Assembly: GCA_012295275.1 (NCBI GenBank)
Contig: CM022670.1
Coordinates: 41,478,001-41,542,000, forward strand
Reading direction: 5' to 3'
Length of the DNA stretch: 64,000 bases
Source: Chrysomallon squamiferum
Lineage: Eukaryota; Animalia; Mollusca
Under the pieces are notes generated by a model. The model was given only the letters and a program-made list of their open reading frames with translations, searched no databases and had not been told where the DNA came from. Every line of letters starts with the position of its first letter. The stretch's first letter is position 1. Positions 54,271 to 64,000 of the stretch are shown one piece after another. The position numbers and the translations under genes are program-made.

Positions 54271-54317
<47 letters not shown>

Positions 54318-54423
54318 CGTAAAATGAGGTTAAGAGAAAAAGAAAGAAAACAAAAAGATAAAGAAAGAAAGAAAAAAGAAGAGAAATCAGAATGCTATAA
54401 AAACAGCTTAGTGAGTTAAATAT

Positions 54424-54450
54424 CTGATTGGCTCTGTGACGTCATTATGA
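54424..54450. promoter_or_regulatory. CCAAT (reverse) + CRE module
   Basis: ATTGG 54427-54431 (in CTGATTGGCT), TGACGTCA 54437-54444. Confidence 0.45.
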
Positions 54451-54522
54451 AATATCGTTTTACGCACTTTGACGGTTTCTTTGATCTAAAATTGTCCCCA
54501 GTATCGTATTTAATCCAAGACG

Positions 54523-54553
<31 letters not shown>

Positions 54554-55304
54554 TTTATTTATAGACGGAAAATATTTTTGACACGTGAACTGACTTTTAC
54601 AAGAATAATAACATCGATCGTTTCTACTAACTGTTGTTTTTCTGAATTTGAAATGAAATACGTGTTTTCTCTTTGTAAGTGTGATATATCTGGTTTGTCA
54701 GCTTTAAATGTACAGGCCTGAATTTGTAATTGCGCGTATATTTTTGTTTTTGCACGAGTGTGTGTATGTGTTTGTGTGTACGCACGTACATGTATATATG
54801 TATGAATGTATGTGTATGCATGTATGTATATATATGTGTGTGTGTGTGTGTGTAATTTACTTTTGTATGAATATACGTGTTACGATTATAAAACTAAATT
54901 ATCCATTTTGTATTATTCATTATTATTTTATTACGTTATATTACTCTCATTGTTTTCAACTTCTAAATATTAGCAGATTGAAAACTTTATGGGTTATAAA
55001 AAGTTACAAATGAGGGTGTAACTGTTTGTGACATGAATAGTTAATCAGCCGGGCTATTATCAACAACAGCCTAATACGCCACAAACTTTGACTTAAACAA
55101 ACAGACGAACATGTTCTGTGAAAGTTGAAACCAGCTTGTTGTTAGATTTGACATTTAATTAAAATCACTGTTAATGAGGTCATTTTGTATCGAGTCCGTA
55201 ATCTAAGAAACGACACTTTAACCTAGACTTCAGCTAGTCATTTCTATATATATATATATATATACACACACATACATATATATACACACACACATACATA
55301 TAAC

Positions 55305-55424
<120 letters not shown>

Positions 55425-55546
55425 TTTCATTTTCTTCCTGAGACACATCACGCCTATACACATATTTTATTGTTTTAAATATAATCTTCCACTGTTCTGT
55501 TATTTCAAAAAAGGTTTTAGACGTCGTAATTCGAGAGTGCGGTGTA

Positions 55547-55580
<34 letters not shown>

Positions 55581-56010
55581 ATGTTTATAAAAACATTTTT
55601 TTATGACAGACAGTAATTTATCGCTTTGGGCAGTTTTAACTTACGAATCATGTAAATAATAATAATAATAATAAATGGAAAAGAAACACACAAAATAAAT
55701 TGAAAATATCTACTACGGTAAAATTTTAAGTAATTTTCTATGTAAAGAAATTTAGATATATATTTATACAGGAAATAGGAAAAAAGGGGGAAAAAAGGAA
55801 AAAAAGAAAAGAAATAAAAACGTAAAACGTTTTCCGTATGAGGAAATATTCTTGTCATTTTAATAAATATTATAATTTATGTGAAGATTTTATAGATATT
55901 TAAAACAATAAATCTTCAGCTGCTGTCAAAAATGTATATTTTTATTTGTTTATGAAATTAAAAATACGTAAGTTGTCACAGGAAATTGCTCCCTGCATGT
56001 ATTAACGGGA

Positions 56011-56070
56011 CTGATGACGTCACGAGACGTCAGCCAATAGGAAGAGTTGCTAGATGAATATTAATGAGCT
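56011..56070. promoter_or_regulatory. Tandem CRE + CCAAT enhancer-like module
   Basis: TGACGTCA 56015-56022, AGACGTCA 56025-56032, CCAAT 56034-56038, followed by ATGAATATTAATGAG. Confidence 0.5.
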
Positions 56071-56209
56071 CTACATGTTGACTTGTTTTTATTTACAGGG
56101 CTCAAGGTCAAATAAAAAATATTTTTGCTGGAAAATATTTGTGTAATTTATGAAATGTCATACAACCCAGAATTAATCAGAAACCATTATTATTAAACAT
56201 ACTTGTAGA

Positions 56210-56775
56210 CCACAACAACAACAACAATAATAATAATAATAATAACAATAATGATAATAATAATAATAAAAAAGAAAGAACAACAACAAAAACAACACAC
56301 AACAAGAACAACATCTTTAACAACTACATCAATAATAATAAGAACAGTACAAGTAGTAATAATATCAACAACAACATTAATAATAAGCATCATCATCATC
56401 ATCATCATTGCGGATGATAAAGGTAATAGTGGTAATTGTTTTAGTACGAGATGTAACACCAATCTAACTATCAGTGGAAGTAAGAGTAATAGAAGTAGTA
56501 AATTAATTAGAGTTAGGGTATTAGAAGTAGTAATAGCAATAGTAGAAGAAGAAGAAGCCTTGACAGTTGTAGTAGTAATAGTAGTAGTAGTAGTAGCAAC
56601 AGTAGTAGCAGAAGCAATAGTAGTAGCAGTAGTAGTATTAGTAGCTGTAATAACAGTAGCAGTAGTAGTTAATAGTAGCTGTAATAACAGTAGTAACACT
56701 AGTAATAGTAGTAATAGTGGTAATAGTAGTAATAGTAGTAGCTGTATTAATATTAGTATAACAGTAGTAGTAGAA
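56210..56775. repeat. Degenerate trinucleotide low-complexity block (ACA/AAT/CAT/AGT)
   Basis: Direct reading; it generates the spurious ORFs 56193- and 56251-. Confidence 0.9.
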
Positions 56776-56847
56776 CTACAATGAGTTGACTAAATGTTAC
56801 TTTTTTATTTCTTTTTTATTTTTATTTATTTATTTATTCATTTATAC

Positions 56848-56910
<63 letters not shown>

Positions 56911-57419
56911 TCATAACTTCGTTTTAAACTATTTTTGATTTTCCAAGACAAACTTTTATCTTTGTAATACAATATGTGTAAACATTATGAAAATATTTCA
57001 AATCAGTGTTCATTTCATAAACCGGTTATTTACAAACAAAACAAACCAACGTAAGTAGATGTGACGCTAGTCAAAGATGTCTGTTTCTAGACAATTATCG
57101 TTGCTAGATGACGTATTTAGACACACTCTAGTTAGACTTACTGATCAGTATCCTAGATTGCAAACTTGTCACTCGTCAAACTCTAGTACGTGCTATTGTT
57201 CATTACGTAGTGATAACGTCATAACGACGTAATGAGATTAATAGCTTTCTCGTCGGTATTTAACATTTCGAAATAAACCAGTAAATAAATAAAATATTTT
57301 GGCACACACACACACACGAAATAATAATATATGTCCATAATTTTAAATAACAAATTTAACATAGTAACGTTAAAAATATTATTAGTCTTGCTATTTCTTT
57401 CTGTTTTTGTTATTATTAA

Positions 57420-57462
<43 letters not shown>

Positions 57463-58165
57463 GGTATTGTTATAACTGCTTGCCTATTGTTATCAATACT
57501 TTTATTTATTTAAGACAAAAACAAACACCAATTTCCGTTCATTTCCGTTGAATGTTGATACTGTTTGATTTTGCTACAGTTGTTGCTATATTCTATATTC
57601 AGAGTGACTACTAGTATGTTTTATATGGCCAGCATTAAATAATATCTCTTTTACATCCTCACCGACGTCATCAGTGCAATAATTATCTTCATCGTCAATA
57701 AAGTAACGTATCTACGGCTCTGATTAATAAAAGCTCCCCCCACCGCACCCCATCCCGCGCCAGCTGGGACTGACAATGAATCAGACTGAAATATGATGCA
57801 TCATAAACTTCTAGTAATATGACCTTATCGTTTTTAATCGTTTTAAACAAGTGTTGTTGGAACTGTGGAGCCTTTTGAAACGAGCTGTTCTCTGAATCTG
57901 AATGTTAACAATGCGTCCTGCGACAGAGAGTTTGATGTTTAACAAACATGTCAGAACGTACTTCATTGCTTCATTATCTCATTGTCCACTGATGCCAGTT
58001 TTTGAGATCTTTCTTTATTAACAGTCTCTAAATTCTACAATGATCTAAACATTTTCTTTTATTAAAAAAACTATCCACTTGCTGAATCTTTTTTACCAAA
58101 TACAATCTTTCCTGTATCGTTTCTGTGAAACTAGTCGTCTGTTGCCTAAAATACAATCCCTGCTC

Positions 58166-58476
58166 ACTTTCACTCAGAGCTTTCACTCAGACACTTTCAC
58201 TCAAACCCTTTCACTCAAACCCTTTCACTCAGTCACTTTCACTCAGACACTTTCACTCAAACCCTTTCACTCAGACCCTTTCACTCAGTCACTTTTACTC
58301 AAACACTTTCACTCAAACACTTTCACTCAGACACTTTCACTCAGACAGTTTCACTCAGACAGTTTCACTCAGTCACTTTTACTCAAACACTTTCACTCAG
58401 ACACTTTCATTCAGACACTTTCACTCAGACACTTTCACTCAGACACTTTCACTCAGACAGTTTCACTCAAACACTT
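58166..58476. repeat. 14-bp minisatellite (ctttcactcagaca), ~22 copies
   Basis: Highly regular tandem array. Confidence 0.95.
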
Positions 58477-59494
58477 CTTGGACTCTTTATAAAATACAGT
58501 TCCTTTTCTCTACCCACTGAGTTAGTTTGAGTGCTTTTAAAAAAAAACAAAAAAAAAACAGATCTTCATACCATATGTCACTTAACTTCAAAATCTACAC
58601 TTTTCAACCTCTTATATATCGTTGTTGTGTTTTTTTTTCTTTTATTCTTTCTTATTTGTTTGTTTGTTTGTTTAATTATAGGGAAGAACACGATAAAGAA
58701 AAGAAGAAAAAAATAAAAAAATAAAAATAAAAAAATAAAAATAAAAAAAGTAACAAGAGCGAGAAAGATGAAATGATGATTTCCTTCCCCTTCTTCTTTA
58801 TTTCTCGTTTTCGGCTGTTGAGAGCATTATTCATCTAAATATTATTGTTAAATTAAAAATTAAAAGAAGAAGAATTAAACTAACAGACTGATTTTCTATC
58901 GTCAGGATATCGAATATTTGCTATTTGTGAAGAAATTGTTACCTATAACCATTATCAAGAAAAATACTTTTTATTAATTTTTATTTTATTTTTTTACCGA
59001 TAGAATAACATATATAATAGTGTTTTCATAAACAAAATCATTAGAAAGTGTCCGGAACGGGAAATCTGCTACAGCGCAGAGCGAGAAATATTGATCTTAC
59101 AAGCGATTTAACACTAGTTTTCTATACAAAGAGGTATTTCATGTTTTTACATACAATAGTTAAATATATTCAATACTTATGTAAATATATATACTGAGAC
59201 TTATATTTTAATTGGAGTGGCACTTGAGCGATCGATCGAACACAGAATAAAGCTCTCCAGTCAGATGCATTTCATGTTATTATTTTATTGTACTCCATTC
59301 TAACTCCTCGAGCAAAACGAGTTTTTTTCAAAAGGTCATTTTTAACACTAAGAACATTTTGTGGTACTATTTAGCATCTCCAAAGCTGGTTATCTGTCCT
59401 TTTATTTGTTTGTTTACTTATTTGTTTTTGTAGTTTAGTTGATGCTGTTGATGTAGCTGATGCAGTTCAGTTTTTCTTTCAGTTTTTATCGTTG

Positions 59495-59562
59495 TTGTGT
59501 TACCTTTTCTGTTGTCCTTGTTGTTATTGTGTTACCTTTTCTGTTGTCCTTGTTGTTATTGT
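59495..59562. repeat. 32-bp tandem duplication
   Basis: ttgtgttaccttttctgttgtccttgttgtta x2. Confidence 0.9.
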
Positions 59563-61549
59563 TGCTGTTGCTGCTGCTGCTGTTATTATTATTTCGACTA
59601 CATTACACGTAATTATAACAGTAAAATAAAATAAAAACGTAACGTACGTGAATTAAACACTTTTATTAACGTACTTTTCGGTTAGGTTTCAAAACGTTTC
59701 TTCGTATTAAATATTTAACATTTAATTTCGCTATTTAATAAATCAATATCAACGTCTTTTCTACCCGCCATTTTTATTTTTTAATTTATTATTTTTACGA
59801 CTGTTAGTGAAAATGACCACACAGAGATTTCCATACTAACGTTGCCAGCGATACATTGTGGCATTCTGCATTTAATAACAAGTCATAATAATTCTACTCA
59901 TTAAGGGAACACATTTGCTATAGAAATAATGACTGATATTAAATTTTTTGATGGCAATAAACATAAAAGAGCTATATAAATTGAACAACCAAGTGTGTAA
60001 TGGCATTTTGTGTCTAACCTGATTGGAAAATCAATGCACGAAGGCTCGACACTTTACAAAACTGCAGTTTTTAAAATCTGCCTTCTGCCAATTTTCAACA
60101 GCGTTCTATTTAATTATGAGTGAGACTAATGCTCGTTATGAAATAAAAACCACTGTACAGGGCTTTATTGAACGCTTCGTACTGGGTGGATCGGGTCGCG
60201 TATTCAGCGAAATCAATACAACTTTAAAATTAGACAAAAATGGTCAAATAAACACCATGGTGACGAGAAGTGTGGGTCCAGGCTTTGTTTTCTTTTCACA
60301 ATCGATGAGAAAGCGATTTACGTCAATTTTATACATACACACTCTGAATTCAATTTAATTGATTTATTTTTATTTTTTTTAAAACAAAACAAAAAAGAAA
60401 AAACACTGCCCAGAGCAAACTTCTGTTGTCCGGTTTTCAAGTGTGTGTGGGTTTTTTTTTTTATGGTGATCTACATAAAGCTATTTTTAAAAAGTTCAAT
60501 TTTTTTCCACGACTAATCAATTATTTTTTTATAAAAAAAAATCTTTTAATAAGCGCTCACTCGACTCACAAGATGAGCGCGATGAAAACATTAAAGTTTA
60601 AATGAATCGTTTCAAGTATGAGTTTTCAACAACAATGGTCACACACTTTCTTTCTTTCTCTGTCGCTTATATCGGATCTATTATTTCAAAGATCGGCCAG
60701 TCTCAAAGCGGTGTTTCATCACATTGTCTGGCCGCGGTCCAGGCTTGGACTCCGCCGGCTGGACGGGTCACTAGGAATCGATATTTCGCTATTTTCACGG
60801 ACCCGATTTGAACCTTTCAATTATCCTCCAAATTACATTTCTATTTTATTACACATAACACGCCACTATGTGTTGTCGTCATGGTTACCATGCTTATGAA
60901 CTTTAATACACTGTGAGTCAGCGGTAGATGAGGTTTGGAAAATTTTGCAAACTGAATCGAAAATTTCAACACTGACTGGTTATTAAACTATAAAAGTGAC
61001 GAGCAGTCGACAGAACAAACAGACCGGCTACTTGATACGTTTAGCGGCCATTTGGGTCCGGGCTGTCTTCGTTAATTTGACAGTTTTCGGTCAGTGCAAG
61101 TATTTAACATGACCCTCACTTGTCCGCCATGTTTTCTTCTAGTTTTTTTTGTTTTGTTTTAATAAATTAATTTGTTTTGTTTTTTTCCTCTGTCCTTCAT
61201 TATTAATTAATTTATTAAAATATAAATACTGAAATGTTTTATAAATAAATATTATATAAGCAACAAATAAATAAAAATGTTTTTATTTTCATTATTTAAT
61301 ATATATACTGATATTAAAGAATAACTGCTGCGATCAAGAATATTTTATTTACAGGCCAAGAATAATAATCGCGACCACCAGATGATAATCATTACAAAAG
61401 TAACAAGCGAAACTGGTACCCAGTTTTAGTCGCCATTCGATACACCCCTCCCTAGGGTCTGTTTCTCAGTAAGAATGTAAACTGATAACTCTATGAATTT
61501 GTAGAGTTTGCTAAACGTTAAAATCATTTTAAATAATAATAATAATAAT

Positions 61550-61605
<56 letters not shown>

Positions 61606-61964
61606 ATGAATGAATGAATGAATGAAGGAAGGAAGGAATGAATAAATAAATAAAAATTTAGGAAGATCCAGATTCCGTAACTCATGCAGGTTGATTCTTG
61701 AGCAGGTTTCCTCTCACATTATTTATGTAATATTTGTTGATGTAAAACTGAGTTAATGTCATATGAAGAGGTTTTGGTACACAAAACCAGTCAAACACAC
61801 GGTTAATACAGTCATCAACTTTAGCAGAAATAAATGTAACTGAACGAAATTAATACTGTGTTCAATAACGATAAAATAATAATAATAATAATTTTGTTTT
61901 TGTTATTATTATTATTATATTTATTATTATTATAAAAAAAAATAGGCTACATGTAGACAGAAAC

Positions 61965-62072
61965 GTGGTGTTACTGGAAGAATGAGACTTAGTTCTGTTG
62001 TGTCGCAGCTGAGATTCGAACCTGCAAGCTATAACGCCTCAGATTCGCGTCTAACCACAAAACCATCGCCTC
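61965..62072 (-). mobile_element. Degenerate tRNA-derived SINE head (or tRNA pseudogene)
   Basis: Minus strand reads ggcgaTGGTTTTGTGGttagacgcgaatctgaggcgttatagcttgcaGGTTCGAATCtcag, i.e. a Pol III A-box-like (62055-62065) and a B-box (62013-62022) at tRNA-like spacing; no clean cloverleaf. Confidence 0.5.
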
Positions 62073-62766
62073 GTTTTCGAAACAGACAGTAATGTAAAAT
62101 AAAATGAAAATGTCTCTCATCACGATCAATATTGACCGCAACGACCCAATTTAAAACGGAGTTCATATTATTGATAAATGAAAATGAAAATAAACGCTGC
62201 TGTAGATTGAATTTTAAATTTTAATTTCAGTTAAGCGCGTCTTGGTAATTAAGCAAGTGAAATTATTGAAGTTATTAAATCAATATTCTTCTCTTGCTGA
62301 AAATATGTCGCAGAATCTTTTATACGTTAAAAATATTAAAATACGCCAACCTGAACTATCAATACTGTTAACAATTAACATTTGAAATTTCATATACGAC
62401 TGTAGAGTACATTGCCTTGAGTTTTAGATATATGTATATATACAGCATGAATCTGAAGGTGACATTTATTATTTTTATTTTTTATTTTTGTATTATTATT
62501 TTTTTTAAATACTTTCTGTGTAACAACTGGTAAAATATCTGTAGACAGCATTAGAGCGGAAATTTTAGAAATTAAATTTTCAAATCTGTTACCTCACAAA
62601 CACTGCGTAACAGCTGCAGTAGATCGCGGTGATGATGTCACCGAAAATAAAACTAAAATTTAAAACTACGTTCATATCATATTACTTGTTGTCACCAGCT
62701 TTAGAAAGGTTCTTATTCGAATTTGATTCACTTACTTTATTATTATTGTTATTGTTATTGTTTTGT

Positions 62767-62806
<40 letters not shown>

Positions 62807-63253
62807 TGTTGTTGTTGTTCTGAAATGATGAAAATAAATACCTATAAATATTTATTTATGGGTTACTGTGAATGTCGAGATTTCTGTTAAAACCCAATTC
62901 TCTTAGTAAAAACATTCTCTCAAACAAAACGTTTTCGTGTTTTTACTTTTGTCTGAGAATGTCATTACACTGACCGATGTTAACAACTGCGACATTTAAA
63001 CCTGTTAACATTTTCCTGTAATTACTCGCTAATTAAATAACACTAGCGCGGCTCCAGCGAGTTTGTTGTTAATTTCGTAGTTATTACGTCAGCCTGGAGA
63101 ACGTGGGATCGATTCGTTGTACTGGAACTGTTCAGTATGACAACCTGTGTATGTCATAATAAAATATACTGTGTACGTACTGTCATCTTTAGTGTCTCTT
63201 CGTTAATTTTTTTTTTTTTTTCAAATGAATATAACAATAAACAAAAACATATA

Positions 63254-63312
<59 letters not shown>

Positions 63313-63807
63313 GCCGCTCTCTGGTAATCAGAATAAGTAAATTGGAAAATGTAACATCTCTGAAGACTATCAAAAAAAAAAAAAAAATCATTTAGAAAGA
63401 CATATGCTGGATGGGAGGGTGTAAAATACGGATCTTCAAACAACGGGTTTTACAGTGCAAAAAAAAAAAAAAAAAAAAAAATTATTTCCGAGAGTAAAAC
63501 ATTTTACAAGATTGTTATCACTGTTTTACAATCTCAATAAAACATGTCTGACGACAACAACGTTGTTACTGACACGTGTAACAGCGATGTTGATGCTCGT
63601 CCCAGTGAAACTGTCGTATTACAATCAATAGACGTAGTAAACGTGGCCGTGCATGCAACATGACTAATAAAAAATTTACATCATGAAGCTGTAATAATTT
63701 TATACACAGTAAAGAAAAATATTTATACAACACAAGAAATATTTGTAAAATATGTGTTTTAAATAAAAATATCAATTAGCACTCTGCTTTTGAACAGTGT
63801 AGAGTCT

Positions 63808-64000
63808 GTTTTAAATATTTAGAGTACAATTAGACCGTCTGTATATAATACAGTGCCGTATATAATCTAATATGTCCGTATTTAAACTGTTGTATACAAT
63901 CTAGTACGTCTGTATTTAAATATTTGTATATAATCTAGTACGTCTGCATTTAAATATTTGTATACAATCTAGTACGTCTGTATTTAAATATTTGTATACA
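63808..64000. repeat. 34-bp minisatellite (gtatttaaatatttgtatacaatctagtacgtct), runs off the window end
   Basis: Copies at 63912, 63946 and 63980, with diverged upstream copies. Confidence 0.9.

Noticed and set aside
56193-56784. 168-aa and 177-aa ORFs, and similar homopolymer ORFs elsewhere (poly-I/Y/L, HT, RE, CV)
   Set aside because: Microsatellite and low-complexity artefacts
57640-57680. Minus-strand CTGATGA-stem as a hammerhead ribozyme core
   Set aside because: The stem is followed by TAAA rather than the required GAAA, and stems I/III are not evident
58079-58520. 137-aa and 131-aa repetitive ORFs
   Set aside because: Translations of a stop-free 14-bp minisatellite, with non-ATG starts
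62001-62072. Functional tRNA gene
   Set aside because: A/B boxes are present but the acceptor, D and anticodon stems do not pair properly; treated as SINE-like

Overview
AT-rich, microsatellite-dense animal genomic DNA, probably from an invertebrate. A mollusc or other lophotrochozoan is plausible from repeat content and CpG pattern, but this is inference. There is one real protein-coding region: a 4.4-kb uninterrupted + strand CDS (ATG 24987 to stop 29414, 1475 aa). It encodes 13 dispersed C2H2 zinc fingers, six of them near-identical '[F/L][C/T][N/S]KY[F/Y]L' fingers. It also carries an N-terminal SRRKQxKP motif of the FOG/SALL/BCL11/ZNF423 NuRD-recruiting type, a PxDL CtBP-like motif and clustered SUMO consensus sites. 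The coding exon is preceded by a clear branch point and 3' splice site, and its leader holds three uORFs. Positions ~1-37.2 kb look CpG-depleted (consistent with a methylated gene body: long 5' intron(s) and a long 3' UTR), with small CpG-retaining islands. From ~37.3 kb to the end CpG is common, there is no credible ORF, and CRE, D-box, E-box, CCAAT and YY1 motifs recur. The rest is minisatellites, microsatellites and two degenerate tRNA-derived SINE-like heads. All other ORFs in the track are judged spurious. Motif counts were made by eye.
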